A stretch of DNA of 61,744 nucleotides, counting the filler. It is 6 parts of 6 records of this genome, joined end to end, with 100 filler letters (N's around TTAATTAATTAA, not from the genome) between each part and the next. Parts side by side here need not be neighbours in the genome. Positions count along the whole stretch, not along the records: positions 5,886 to 15,150 come from SRR31147125_13070; positions 15,251 to 33,723 come from SRR31147125_13076; 4 more parts are not named here. One strand, 5' to 3'. A model generated the notes under the pieces. It ran no database searches. It was not told the origin of the DNA and saw nothing but the letters and a program-made list of their open reading frames with translations. Each line of letters begins with the position of its first letter. Position 1 is the first letter of the stretch. A program made the translations under genes and the position numbers. This document shows, piece after piece, positions 7,971 through 19,191 of the stretch.

Positions 7971-10598
7971 ATGAACACTTTAAGAATAATCTCTGTTTCT
8001 ATTCTCTACCTCACGATTCTGATGAATCTGCCGGTCTCTGGCCAAAGTACTGCGGAAAATCTGGAAAAAGCGAAAAAAGCCCTGCAGACCGGAGACTATC
8101 TTGAATCCCGCAAACTGCTGCGTCCTCTCCTCACAGATGTTTCCCCGATTAATGGTGAACAGATCCTGTATTTTTTTGAAACCTTTCTTCAAAGAGGAGA
8201 ATATGAGGAAGGGCTTGCTGAAATTGAGAATCAACTCAGCACATCGCCTAAAAATCCATTTCTATTACATACTAAAGCACGATTCCTTGTTTTAAAAGGG
8301 CAGTATGAAGAAGCAAAACATTATTTCGGAGAGGCTTTAGAGTTAAGAAACGATTTTTTACGTAATCTTCTCGAGATCGGTGAATTACTGGAACAGACAG
8401 GCCATAAAAGAGAAGCGTTACGTTTTTATAATCAAATAGGCCTAATTTATCAGCAGAACAAACCGAGAACAGCCACTCAACTGGCCATCGTAGCAAGAGC
8501 TTTTGCCAAACTGGAGGATTTTCACCAGGCAAATCAAATTCACAATACCGCGCATCAGCTGGATCCTCAGAACATTCAAAATCTATTCTGGTGGGCCAGC
8601 CTGTTTCTTGAAAAATACAATAATGCTGATGCAAAGCGCACTTTTGAAGAAGCACTGGCCATAAACCAACAAAATGCGGCATTGTATGTCGGGTATGCCC
8701 GTTCCACAGAAAGTTTTTCCCAAATGGAAACTCTATCCCAAAAGGCTTTGGAGGTAAATCCAAATAGCGTTGATGCCCTGAATATGTTAGCAGAGATACA
8801 TATTATAGATGCCAATTACTCAAAAGCCCGGGACATATTAAACAGGGTTCTTAAAATAAATCCAGCTGGTATATCGTCTCTGGCACACCTTGCATCCATC
8901 CAGCACTTACAGGGGGAAACAGCTCAATTTTTACAGACGGAACAAAAAGTCGCCAAAATCAATCCATTTAGTGGTGATTTTTATATGATTCTGGCGGAGA
9001 ACAGCACAAAACGGTTTCGTTACAAAGATGCCGTTGAATTCTGCAATAAAGCACTTTCAAGAGACAGGAGACTCTGGAAAGCCTATGCTCTGCTTGGCTC
9101 TAATTTACTCAGAATCGGTAAAACCAAAGAAGCTCGAGTAGCTCTGGAGCGAGGTTTCAAAGGGGATCCATTTAATTTGTTTGCCCGCAATACTCTTGAG
9201 CTGATTGATGAGTATAAAAATTTCACAAGACATGAGAGTGAACATTTCACACTGTTGATACACCAATCCGAAAGTGATGTACTTGCCGGCCCGATTCTCT
9301 CTTTTGCGGAAGAATGTTTTGATTCACTGAGCACACGATATGCCTATCTGCCGCAAACAAAAATTCATTTGGAAGCTTATAACGATCATGATGATTTTGC
9401 GGTTCGAATCAGCGGTTTGCCTGGTATTGGCTTGTTGGGTGTATGCTTTGGTGATGTGTTGGCTATTGACACACCCAGGGCACAGGCTGACGGACAATAC
9501 AATTGGGCTCAGGTCCTCTGGCATGAGATTGCCCATGTGATGGCGCTGGGACTGTCGAATAACAAGGTTCCACGATGGTTTACAGAAGGTTTGTCCGTTT
9601 ATGAAGAAAAACGTGCCCGCCCGCAATGGGCACGAAAAATGGAACTGGAGCTTTATTATGCATTGGATCAGGGATTACTTCTCTCCCTTGCTGATATAAA
9701 CAAAGGATTTACCCGCCCGCAATTCCCGGAACAAGTGATATTAACCTATTATCAATCTGCAAGTTGGATTGAAATCCTTACACAAAGATTCGGTTTTGAG
9801 ACCATAACGCGTATTCTGCAGGAATTCTCGCTTGGGAAAAATACAGAGGAGGCATTCCAAACAGTGCTTGGAACAGAGCTGGACGACATTGAACTATTGT
9901 TACATACTGATCTACAGGCAAAAAGGGATCAGTATGCGGACATTCTGAAAGATTTGCCTCCACTGTTTCACTCTCACCAACAGCATAAAGCACCTTTAAA
10001 AACATCTCAAAAAATGACAGAGAATCCGTTTTTTAAAAATTTACAAACAGGATTTAACCTGTTGGAAGAAGAAAAGTTAAATAAAGCGGAACATCACTTT
10101 TTAACAGCCATTGATATATTCCCCTATTATAGCAAATCCGGCAATCCGTATGAGGGACTGGCAGAAATTTATCGTCGCACCGGGGAGAAAAACAAACTGG
10201 TCGATATTCTGGCAACCTATCTGAATATCACCGAATATGGAGCGAAAGAAGCAAAGGAATTGGGAGGATTATTCGAAGAGATCCCTGATCCGAATAAAGC
10301 GGAATTATTCTATAAACAATCCCTTCAGGTTGATCCGTATGATCCGGATATTCACAACCGGCTTGCAGAGCTTTACAGGAAAAGGCAAAACTATACGTTG
10401 GAAACCATTGAAAGGCAGGCGATTTTAGCGTTAGAACCGATGGACAAATCTACGGCTCAATATTTACTCGCTCAAAGCTTGTATAACGATGGAAAAAAAT
10501 CAAAAGCGAAAAAAGAGGTTTTAAAAGCGCTGGATTTGGCACCTGGCTATAGAGACGCGCAAAAACTCTTGCTACAATGTGTAGAGAGTCAAAATTGA
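7971..10598 (+). CDS. TPR-repeat protein with a gluzincin (peptidase MA-like) domain
   Basis: Signal peptide, many TPR repeats, HEIAH plus PRWFTEGLS. Confidence 0.85.
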   Translation: MNTLRIISVSILYLTILMNLPVSGQSTAENLEKAKKALQTGDYLESRKLLRPLLTDVSPINGEQILYFFETFLQRGEYEEGLAEIENQLSTSPKNPFLLHTKARFLVLKGQYEEAKHYFGEALELRNDFLRNLLEIGELLEQTGHKREALRFYNQIGLIYQQNKPRTATQLAIVARAFAKLEDFHQANQIHNTAHQLDPQNIQNLFWWASLFLEKYNNADAKRTFEEALAINQQNAALYVGYARSTESFSQMETLSQKALEVNPNSVDALNMLAEIHIIDANYSKARDILNRVLKINPAGISSLAHLASIQHLQGETAQFLQTEQKVAKINPFSGDFYMILAENSTKRFRYKDAVEFCNKALSRDRRLWKAYALLGSNLLRIGKTKEARVALERGFKGDPFNLFARNTLELIDEYKNFTRHESEHFTLLIHQSESDVLAGPILSFAEECFDSLSTRYAYLPQTKIHLEAYNDHDDFAVRISGLPGIGLLGVCFGDVLAIDTPRAQADGQYNWAQVLWHEIAHVMALGLSNNKVPRWFTEGLSVYEEKRARPQWARKMELELYYALDQGLLLSLADINKGFTRPQFPEQVILTYYQSASWIEILTQRFGFETITRILQEFSLGKNTEEAFQTVLGTELDDIELLLHTDLQAKRDQYADILKDLPPLFHSHQQHKAPLKTSQKMTENPFFKNLQTGFNLLEEEKLNKAEHHFLTAIDIFPYYSKSGNPYEGLAEIYRRTGEKNKLVDILATYLNITEYGAKEAKELGGLFEEIPDPNKAELFYKQSLQVDPYDPDIHNRLAELYRKRQNYTLETIERQAILALEPMDKSTAQYLLAQSLYNDGKKSKAKKEVLKALDLAPGYRDAQKLLLQCVESQN

Positions 10599-10632
10599 AA
10601 ACAGATTATATTTAAAAAGATAAGGAGATATT

Positions 10633-11670
10633 TTGTCAAACGATTATCTGAATGAGGATCTGACAAAAAACCAGGAAACAGAAAAAATTCTTGAAAAATT
10701 GCATGCCGGTAAAAATCTAATTCTGGATGAACTGCGTCGACGCATCATCGGCCAGGATGAGGTTATTGAACTGACACTGATTGCTCTGTTTGCGGGTGGT
10801 CACTGCCTGATTACCGGCGTACCGGGTCTGGCAAAAACGTTGCTGGTTAAATCCTTTGGCGAAATTCTGGATTTATCCTATAAACGCATTCAATTCACTC
10901 CGGATCTAATGCCTGCCGATATCACTGGAATAGATATTATGGAGGCGGATAACATTACAGGAAAACGGTCCATAAAATTTGTCAAAGGTCCCATATTTGC
11001 CAACATTATTCTTGCCGATGAAATAAACAGAACACCGCCAAAAACACAGGCTGCCCTTTTAGAGGCCATGCAGGAATACCACGTCACAGCAGGAGGTGAA
11101 CTCTTTAACCTTGAAAAACCCTTTTTTGTGATGGCAACACAGAATCCCATTGAACTGGAAGGTACCTATCCCCTGCCGGAAGCACAGCTTGACCGTTTTA
11201 TGTTTAATATCATTATCAATTATTTATCCAAAGAAGATGAGCTTAAAGTGGCGCAAAGCACCACAACTTTTGAACAAACTCCGCTGAAGGAAGTCTTGTC
11301 AGGCCAGGACATCCTGGAATTTCAAAAAATAGTCAAAAAGATCTTTGTTCCCAACAATGCAGCCGAATTTGCCGTCAATCTTGTACGCAATTCAAGACCA
11401 TCAGAGGAGAACGCCCCGGATTTCATTAAAAAATGGGTTAACTGGGGGGCAGGATTACGAGCCGTGCAATATTTATTGCTCGGAGCAAAAGTCCGGGCTG
11501 TTTTTCACGAACGATATAATGTATCTGTAAAAGACATCCGGGCCCTGGCAAAACCGGTCCTGAGGCACCGGATTCTCACGAATTTTTACGCTGAATCTGA
11601 AAACATTCATTCAGATAACGTTATAGAAAGGCTCCTTGAATTTACCCATGAGCCAACATCCGGTTTGTAA
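10633..11670 (+). CDS. moxR: MoxR family AAA+ ATPase
   Basis: GVPGLAKT, RIQFTPDLMPADITG, LADEINRTPPKTQAALLEAM, ATQNPIE.EGTYPLPEAQLDRF. Confidence 0.95.
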   Translation: MSNDYLNEDLTKNQETEKILEKLHAGKNLILDELRRRIIGQDEVIELTLIALFAGGHCLITGVPGLAKTLLVKSFGEILDLSYKRIQFTPDLMPADITGIDIMEADNITGKRSIKFVKGPIFANIILADEINRTPPKTQAALLEAMQEYHVTAGGELFNLEKPFFVMATQNPIELEGTYPLPEAQLDRFMFNIIINYLSKEDELKVAQSTTTFEQTPLKEVLSGQDILEFQKIVKKIFVPNNAAEFAVNLVRNSRPSEENAPDFIKKWVNWGAGLRAVQYLLLGAKVRAVFHERYNVSVKDIRALAKPVLRHRILTNFYAESENIHSDNVIERLLEFTHEPTSGL

Positions 11671-11712
11671 TAACGTTTTTCAAAGGCTCATCAACGGATT
11701 GAAAAATAAAAT

Positions 11713-12621
11713 ATGAATAATACATCAGCAAAAAAAACATCGCAATTTATTGATCCACATATCCTTTCAAAGATTTCAAATTTGGAGCTGCTTGCTCGTG
11801 GTGTGGTTGAAGGCTTTATTACAGGTTTACACAAAAGTCCATACAAGGGATTTAGTGTTGAATTCCTGGAGTACAGACCCTATACACCAGGTGATGATCC
11901 TATGCATATCGATTGGAAATTATTTTTGCGGTCTGATCGAATGTACATCAAACAATTTGAGGATGAGACCAATACATCCTGTCAGATTATATTTGACATC
12001 AGTCAGTCTATGGATTTTCGGTCAGGACAACTATCAAAATTTCAATATGGAAAATTCCTCGTCGCTTCACTGGCATATTTTATGATTCATCAGCATGATA
12101 GTGTTGGTCTATCCTATTTTGATGATCGAATAAGAGAAAAAATACCGCCGCGAAGCAGCAAAGGCCATCTTTATACTCTGTTAAACAGCCTTGATAATAT
12201 ACAATCCGGATCAGCGACAGACATGGGCAAACCCTTTCATGAGCTTGCTGATTCCATAAAAAAACGCGGGATTATCGTTATCATATCCGATTTGCTTGAT
12301 GATCCGGAAAAAATTATTAACGGCCTCAAACATTTTCATTTTAATGGAAATAACGTCATTTTATTCCAGATCCTGGATCCCTATGAATTAACATTCCAAT
12401 ATAAAGATATGGTGGAACTTTTAGATATGGAAACGGGAGAAAAAATAGTGGTTACGCCTGAGACCGCTAAAAAAGTGTATGAGAACAACCTGGCAAAATT
12501 CAGGTCGAAAATAACCTACGAGTGTGGTGTGTTAGGAATAGACTATTTTGTAATTTCGACCGACATCCCACTTGATTACGCTTTGTTTCAATATCTTTCA
12601 AAAAGAAGTAAGAAAAAATAG
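11713..12621 (+). CDS. DUF58 family protein
   Basis: G.H.SPYKGFSVEF.EYRPY.PGDD...IDWK; follows moxR. Confidence 0.92.
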   Translation: MNNTSAKKTSQFIDPHILSKISNLELLARGVVEGFITGLHKSPYKGFSVEFLEYRPYTPGDDPMHIDWKLFLRSDRMYIKQFEDETNTSCQIIFDISQSMDFRSGQLSKFQYGKFLVASLAYFMIHQHDSVGLSYFDDRIREKIPPRSSKGHLYTLLNSLDNIQSGSATDMGKPFHELADSIKKRGIIVIISDLLDDPEKIINGLKHFHFNGNNVILFQILDPYELTFQYKDMVELLDMETGEKIVVTPETAKKVYENNLAKFRSKITYECGVLGIDYFVISTDIPLDYALFQYLSKRSKKK

Positions 12622-12634
12622 ACAGGATGAACCA

Positions 12635-14704
12635 TTGTCATTTATCAATCCATTATTTTTAATAGCCGGTAGTGTAGCCTTGTTGCCGCTTATCTACCAT
12701 TTAATTCGGAAAATGCGCGCACGCAGAGTTCCGTTCAGTTCTCTCCTTTTCCTAAAAGCGACGCCAAAGGAACTCATAAAAAGACGGAAACTTGAGAACC
12801 TCATCCTGTTGATTATCAGATGTGCTATTCTCGGTTTACTGGCATGCGCCTTTGCCCGACCATTTTTCCCTGAACAAAAAATACCCTTTATCGAACAGGC
12901 TCAGAATAAATCAACGGTTCTTCTCCTGGATAACTCTTATAGCATGCAATATGGAGATCTTTTCGACAGAGCGCGGCAAGAGGCTTTGAAAAGAATCAAC
13001 AGTGCAGGCATCGATGATGAAGTAGCCCTGGTGATATTTTCTGATAAAGCCGAACAATTATCTGAATTGAGTCATGATATCCAGTTACCTTCTACAATTT
13101 TGGAAAAGATGCAAGTCAGTCATCGTGCAACAGATTTTTACAAACCCCTCAAGCTTGCCGAGGACATTTTAAAAATGCCAGGCACGAAAAAAGAGATAAT
13201 CCTTTTATCGGATCTGCAATCCAATGGCTGGAGCAGGCAATTCGAAAACTGGAAAATCAGTCCACACATTAACATTATTCCAGTCAGGATAACAGGGCAA
13301 GATGACGAGAATGCCTATATTAAAAAGTTCGATATCAAACACAAGCGCACCGGTAAATCGATTGCAACTCAATATGGACTTGAAATTGAGAGTGATGGAA
13401 ACAACAGAAATAAATCCGGGGACGTATCTTTATGGCTTAATGGTAAAAAAATAGACTCACAAAAATATGAGGTTAAAGAGGTCCACCAACTTTATTTTCA
13501 ACAACGAGCCCTAAAACAAGGAAATTACCAGGGCTATTCAATGTTAGCAAAAGACAAATTATTGATAGACAATATTCATTATTTTAGTCTTAATGTCGGA
13601 CCCCAGCTATCCATTTTTTGTATCGATGGATCATCCCGCTCATCAAGGAGCAATTCTTTTTATTTAAAAAATTGCTTTAATTTGGGAGAAAAGTCTTTGT
13701 ATCGTTTTTCCAGTGGCAACAAAACGTTACTCAATTCCGGTAAAATCAAAAACCATAACATCCTCTTTCTTACAAATATAAATTATTTGACGAATCAACA
13801 ACTCACCCACATAAAAACGTATGTAATGGATGGTGGGAATCTTGTTATCTCCTTTGGCAACAGGATAAATCTAAAAAAATATTCTTTAAACCTTGAATCA
13901 CTGGGTATTGGTCAAATTTTAGATAAAGTCCGGATAAGGGACATCAAGGCCTCACATGCCGTTATTGCGGAAGTGGATCTGAAACATCCGATTTTCAGCC
14001 TTTTTAATCAAACCGGTAGCGGTGATATTCTCAGACCAAAATTTAGAGAGTACGTAAAGATGGTTCCGGATTCTACAGCTCAGGTCCTCGGCCGGTATGA
14101 TACAGGAGATCCATTTTTAATTGAAAAACAATATGGCAATGGTAAATTTTTTGTACTCACCTCATCTTTAAATACGGATTGGGGCGATTTTCCTGTAAAT
14201 GAGATTTATCTACCATTTTTATATCAAATTGCAAAATATGCTACAAGCTCTGAATCGATTAAAAATTCCTTTCTGATAGGTGATGTTGTCGTCCTTTACG
14301 GAAATCCCGGAGAGCAATGGGAAATCAATACACCGGAAAATAAAATCTATAAAGTGCCTGTTGACGAAAACGGAGTAGGATATTTTCGCGAAACAGAAAT
14401 ACCCGGTAATTACCGTGCTGTTCGCTCTGATGAAGACTATCTTTTCTCAGTTAATGTCGACGTTAACGAATCGGATTTAAATTATCACGATGCGGAAGAA
14501 TTTTACACTGCCGTGACACAGCCATTGAGCAAAATCCAGGATAACATGAACAGAGCCGGTTTCGAAAATATTAAAGATGCAGAAAACAAACAAAAAATGT
14601 GGCGATATATAATCATATTCGTTGTTCTCCTTCTCATATTCGAAACATATTATGCTAACAAAAAAACCGGACAACGATCTGAAGGTTATAAAGAGGTAAA
14701 CTAA
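12635..14704 (+). CDS. BatA N-terminal/VWA domain membrane protein
   Basis: TTG start giving MSFINPLFL...PLIYHL...FSSLLFL...AFARP; MIDAS-like LDNSYSM, LLSDLQ; C-terminal TM helix. Confidence 0.88.
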   Translation: MSFINPLFLIAGSVALLPLIYHLIRKMRARRVPFSSLLFLKATPKELIKRRKLENLILLIIRCAILGLLACAFARPFFPEQKIPFIEQAQNKSTVLLLDNSYSMQYGDLFDRARQEALKRINSAGIDDEVALVIFSDKAEQLSELSHDIQLPSTILEKMQVSHRATDFYKPLKLAEDILKMPGTKKEIILLSDLQSNGWSRQFENWKISPHINIIPVRITGQDDENAYIKKFDIKHKRTGKSIATQYGLEIESDGNNRNKSGDVSLWLNGKKIDSQKYEVKEVHQLYFQQRALKQGNYQGYSMLAKDKLLIDNIHYFSLNVGPQLSIFCIDGSSRSSRSNSFYLKNCFNLGEKSLYRFSSGNKTLLNSGKIKNHNILFLTNINYLTNQQLTHIKTYVMDGGNLVISFGNRINLKKYSLNLESLGIGQILDKVRIRDIKASHAVIAEVDLKHPIFSLFNQTGSGDILRPKFREYVKMVPDSTAQVLGRYDTGDPFLIEKQYGNGKFFVLTSSLNTDWGDFPVNEIYLPFLYQIAKYATSSESIKNSFLIGDVVVLYGNPGEQWEINTPENKIYKVPVDENGVGYFRETEIPGNYRAVRSDEDYLFSVNVDVNESDLNYHDAEEFYTAVTQPLSKIQDNMNRAGFENIKDAENKQKMWRYIIIFVVLLLIFETYYANKKTGQRSEGYKEVN

Positions 14705-14755
14705 TATGAGGTTTTAATTAGATCCTCGTTTTTTAAAAATGAATTTGAGGCAGGT

Positions 14756-15150
14756 ATGAAAGCAATCCCTAAAAATATACGCGACCTCATTAAAGAAATA
14801 AAAAAGCGTTGGTTTCGCAAAGTCGTTCGGATGGGTCTTTCTTTAGTGATTTTAACTTTTTTGCTTTTCGTTTTTATTTATCTCGCGCTTGTCCTTTTCT
14901 TTGATATTTCCATTTTAGCACAGAGTATTCTTGCCCTTTCTATGCTGCTTCTCCTGATTTTTGAAATAAGCTGGTCAGTGGTTCGCCCTGCCGTCAAAGG
15001 TATTAACGCGGAAAAAATTGCTCTCTATATTGAAGAGAAAAATCCACAGTTGGAGGACCGGCTAAACTCTGCTGTCGAAATAGGACATCTGTCAATAGTG
15101 CCTGAGAAAAACATCTTGATTGAAAAGCTGCTTGATGATGCTTTTTTAAA
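14756..15150 (+). CDS. Membrane protein of the MoxR operon, 3' truncated
   Basis: Two TM helices then A..IEEK.P.LEDRL.SAVE; runs into the linker. Confidence 0.7.
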
Positions 15151-15250
15151 NNNNNNNNNNNNNNNNNNNNNNNNNNNNNNNNNNNNNNNNNNNNTTAATT
15201 AATTAANNNNNNNNNNNNNNNNNNNNNNNNNNNNNNNNNNNNNNNNNNNN
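15151..15250. other. Artificial contig linker
   Basis: N-run + TTAATTAATTAA + N-run. Confidence 0.98.
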
Positions 15251-15694
15251 TGGAATAGATTTGAGATTGGAAAATTAACTACCATTGAAGATTTCTGCAC
15301 TGTAAATAATGGCTCGGGCGATATTTTACTTGGCGACCGTGTACGAGTTGGAATTGGCTCGGTACTTATTGGACCAATAACTATGGGAAGTGGTTCGGGG
15401 CTGGGACAACATGTTTTTGTTGCCGGTTTTAACCACGGTTATGGCGATGGAAGTAAAAATTCGAGTGTACAAGCTCTTGATATAAAACCAACAGTTATTG
15501 AAGAAGAGGCGCACGTTGGAGCTAATTCTGTGGTTGTTGCGGGAGTAACAATCGGAAAACGAAGCCAGGTAGGCGCAGGGAGTGTGGTTACCAAAGATAT
15601 ACCTCCTTTTAGTGTGGCGGTTGGAAATCCTGCAAGGGTTGTAAAACAGTACAACCGCGACAAAGGAATTTGGGAAAAAGTTTCAAAAAAATAA
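15251..15694 (+). CDS. Hexapeptide-repeat O-acyltransferase, 5' truncated
   Basis: Frame open from the contig start; GVTIG...[23 protein letters not shown]. Confidence 0.9.
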   Translation, partial: WNRFEIGKLTTIEDFCTVNNGSGDILLGDRVRVGIGSVLIGPITMGSGSGLGQHVFVAGFNHGYGDGSKNSSVQALDIKPTVIEEEAHVGANSVVVAGVTIGKRSQVGAGSVVTKDIPPFSVAVGNPARVVKQYNRDKGIWEKVSKK

Positions 15695-15766
15695 ACGTAT
15701 TGAAACACTAACAACTATAATTGGAATAAAGCAAACTTAATATAAAACTACTACAAACTAAATATT

Positions 15767-16954
15767 ATGAAAGCATTAGAAATTATTTTTTGGGCAGCAT
15801 TATTTATTATATTCTATTCGTATTTGGGGTACGGAATTCTTTTGTTTTTGATTATAAAAGTGAGAAGATTTCTCGGGATTGGAAAGCCTTTTTCGGGAAA
15901 CGACGATTATGAACCTGAAGTGACATTATTTGTTGCGGCTTATAACGAAAAAGATTATGTGGGCGAGAAGCTAAAGAACTCATTTAGCTTGAATTATCCC
16001 AAAGACAAAGTGCGTCATGTTTGGGTTACCGATGGATCGGACGACGGAACTCCTGATATTCTTAGGAAGTACGATGGCGTGGAGGTTTACCACGAAGATG
16101 CTCGTGGTGGGAAAATTGGTGCCATGAACCGGGGAATGAAGTTTGTTAAATCGCCCATTGTTATTTTTTCTGATGGAAATACAACGCTTGGAAAAGAATC
16201 GATACAGGAAATTGTAAATCTGTTTAAAGACCCAAAAGTTGGTTGTGTGTCGGGAGAAAAACGAATTATTAATAAAGATGCTGATGCAGCAGCAGGTGCT
16301 GGCGAAGGTATTTATTGGAAATATGAATCGACCCTGAAAAAATGGGATGCTGAACTTTATTCGGTTGTTGGTGCAGCCGGAGAACTTTTTGCCATTAGAA
16401 CAGAGCTTTGGCAAGAGGTTGAGAAAGATACCTTGCTCGACGATTTTATCATCTCATTGCGTGTCGCAATGTCAGGATACACTATTCAGTATAATCCGGA
16501 AGCTTACGCTATCGAAACAGCTTCGGCAAACGTAAAAGAAGAATTAAAACGTAAAATCAGAATCTCGGCAGGAGGTATTCAATCGGTTATTCGATTAAGC
16601 TCCTTGCTCAACGTATTTAAATACGGAACCTTGTCGTTTCAGTATATTTCGCATAGGGTTTTACGTTGGACATTAACTCCACTTCTTCTGTTATGTATTA
16701 TTCCAATAAATTTTGCAATGGCATATAATTCAGGTATGGATATTAGTAATATTTATACCTTGTTGTTTTATGGTCAAGTTTTATTTTATGCCGCATCACT
16801 ACTGGGATGGTTTCTTGAGAATCGAAGAATTAAGGTCAAAATTTTGTTTGTACCATACTACTTTTTCATCATGAATTTATCCGTGTTTTTAGGTTTAAAA
16901 CGTTACTTAAAAGGAAGTCAGTCGGTAAACTGGCAACGAGCTAAGCGTGGTTAA
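15767..16954 (+). CDS. GT2 glycosyltransferase (PgaC/IcaA-like)
   Basis: VAAYNE, DGSDD, FSD, DDF, RKIRI variant of QxxRW; TM helices. Confidence 0.92.
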   Translation: MKALEIIFWAALFIIFYSYLGYGILLFLIIKVRRFLGIGKPFSGNDDYEPEVTLFVAAYNEKDYVGEKLKNSFSLNYPKDKVRHVWVTDGSDDGTPDILRKYDGVEVYHEDARGGKIGAMNRGMKFVKSPIVIFSDGNTTLGKESIQEIVNLFKDPKVGCVSGEKRIINKDADAAAGAGEGIYWKYESTLKKWDAELYSVVGAAGELFAIRTELWQEVEKDTLLDDFIISLRVAMSGYTIQYNPEAYAIETASANVKEELKRKIRISAGGIQSVIRLSSLLNVFKYGTLSFQYISHRVLRWTLTPLLLLCIIPINFAMAYNSGMDISNIYTLLFYGQVLFYAASLLGWFLENRRIKVKILFVPYYFFIMNLSVFLGLKRYLKGSQSVNWQRAKRG

Positions 16955-17118
16955 AACTTGAGGGCAGAAATTTTTTTAACGATTATTTTTTTAGAATTAT
17001 TCCTTACTTACAGCGAAATCAGCATTTTTAACCCCGGATTTCAGTGTGTAAAATGAAACGAAAGTTTTAACATTTTGTACTTTGGATATGTAAAATTACC
17101 ATATCCAAAGTATAAAAC

Positions 17119-19149
17119 ATGTTTAACCACTATTTCTCTTCTAAAAAGTTTTTGAAAAATTACCTTATAAAGGTTTTATTTCTAGTTAGTTCTGTTGGTT
17201 TAGTTAGTCCTTTATCCGCAAGTAATAAGTATTACCTTAATGATGCAGCACCATATTACATTACTTCTGATTTTTGGGAAACAGTGCCAGTTGGTGGTGA
17301 TACAGTGTTTGTCTCGTCTGAAAGAACAAAAGGTTTTAAATTTTTGGACTTGATTGGGGATGAGGCGAATCCAATTGTTCTTATCAACCAGGGAGGAGAG
17401 GTTAAAATAGATAGTGACGAATGGGGTGCCATAACTTTTCATGATTGTAAATACATAAAAGTTAGCGGAGCTGGACATGCTAATACTAAATATGGATTCT
17501 TATTAGCTGCAAATACTTGCGGTTTAGCATTTTCAGGGTTAAGTTCAGATTGTGAAGCCGAATTTATTAAAATTAGCCACGATGGATTCTTCGGAATTAT
17601 GGCAAAAAAAGATTATGGCGGCAATCCTCCAACGCCGGTTCCTGTTTTTTTAAACTTGAAGATTCACGACTGTTTTGTGGAGAACGTTACAGAAGGAATG
17701 TACCTGGGCGAAACCAAAAGCCCGGGTATGGAGTTTAAGCATGTGAGTATTTATAATAATATCGTACGAAATACAGGACGCGAATCGATACAAATTGCCA
17801 ACATGGTAGAGGATGTTGAAATACATAATAATACCTTGTTAAATGCAGGTGAAGATGGCGATACATATCATGAGAATTTATTGCAAATTGGAGACAATAC
17901 AGTTGCAAGTGTTTATAACAATATCATGATTGGAGCGCCTGCATACGGGATTATAAATATGGGTAGCGGGAATAACTTTTTAGATGATAATTACATTTCT
18001 TCGTGTAAAGGTATTTTTGTTGACAATAGAGATTACACTCTACAAGATTCGTTAATTACAATTTCCGGGAATTTTTTTACGGATGTTATCAATCCTGCGG
18101 ACGAAGTAATTCGTAATATGAACGGGGAAAATTATCTGGTTATTGAAAACAATATTTACGATGATGAAGACCTTTTATTTTATAGAAATTATTTCACAAA
18201 ATATTTAAACTACGAATTAGCAAATAATCAAGTAGCATATATTGCGCCAATAGAGTTTGTTGATCCTGAAAATAATGACTATTCGTTAAAATCGACAAAT
18301 CCTGAAGAATATTTAGGAATGGGAGCGCCAGGAGGACCAGAGTTTTTTGAGAGTGACGATGATTCTCTGGAGCCGGTTATTGAACAGATTATTTTATCAG
18401 CCGACATGATTGTTGACGAAGTTGAAGGAGGAAGTTTCTGGACTGCAAATTATTTGGTTGATGAACAAGAAATGACACCTGAAAATGAACTTCACCCCGT
18501 AAGTCAGTCTTGGAAACCTTTTTATAATATGTCGAAGGGGCCCTGCCATGTTTATATCGATTTAGGAAAGGAGTATAACCTAACAAATATCGCATTACAC
18601 GACATGACCAATGTAAAGAACCTTGATGTTTCGTTTGGAGAACTCCAAATTGGGAATATTTGTTTACAGAACCTTGCAATAAGTATAAAGCGGAAACATC
18701 ATTCTGTTGATGTGGTTACTCGTTATGTTCGGTTAAGTATGAATGAAAGTGTTTATGCTGCGATTAATGAAATTGTTCTTTATGGATATGCTCTGGAAGA
18801 GATTGAAATTGTTTACGATAAAAGTGCTACAATTCAAGATAATGTAGCTGTTGATGAGAGTAGTAATTTTGATTTATGGCACGAAGATGATTTGTTTCTT
18901 TGCCAAAATCCGGTTAAAAACACGCTTAATCTTAATGTCCCAATTGAGACTGAAGATAATTTTACCATTGAGATTTTTAACCTTAAAGGGATGAGATTGT
19001 TTGCAAAAGAATATTTACAAAATTATTCTGCTCAGTTAAATATTAATGTTTCTGAATACTGTTTGAAAGACGAAATGTATATAGTTCGTTATTCAAATTT
19101 GAGCTCGGGATTTTCTAAAAGTCTAAAGTTTATTAAACAAAGTTTATAG
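17119..19149 (+). CDS. Secreted right-handed beta-helix protein with a probable T9SS C-terminal domain
   Basis: Signal peptide, parallel beta-helix repeats, discoidin-like YIDLGKEY module, C-terminal QNPVKN.LN...IFNLKG...FIK. Confidence 0.75.
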   Translation: MFNHYFSSKKFLKNYLIKVLFLVSSVGLVSPLSASNKYYLNDAAPYYITSDFWETVPVGGDTVFVSSERTKGFKFLDLIGDEANPIVLINQGGEVKIDSDEWGAITFHDCKYIKVSGAGHANTKYGFLLAANTCGLAFSGLSSDCEAEFIKISHDGFFGIMAKKDYGGNPPTPVPVFLNLKIHDCFVENVTEGMYLGETKSPGMEFKHVSIYNNIVRNTGRESIQIANMVEDVEIHNNTLLNAGEDGDTYHENLLQIGDNTVASVYNNIMIGAPAYGIINMGSGNNFLDDNYISSCKGIFVDNRDYTLQDSLITISGNFFTDVINPADEVIRNMNGENYLVIENNIYDDEDLLFYRNYFTKYLNYELANNQVAYIAPIEFVDPENNDYSLKSTNPEEYLGMGAPGGPEFFESDDDSLEPVIEQIILSADMIVDEVEGGSFWTANYLVDEQEMTPENELHPVSQSWKPFYNMSKGPCHVYIDLGKEYNLTNIALHDMTNVKNLDVSFGELQIGNICLQNLAISIKRKHHSVDVVTRYVRLSMNESVYAAINEIVLYGYALEEIEIVYDKSATIQDNVAVDESSNFDLWHEDDLFLCQNPVKNTLNLNVPIETEDNFTIEIFNLKGMRLFAKEYLQNYSAQLNINVSEYCLKDEMYIVRYSNLSSGFSKSLKFIKQSL

Positions 19150-19191
19150 GATTTATTGATTTTAAATGATACGGGAAGTAAAAAGGGAAAT

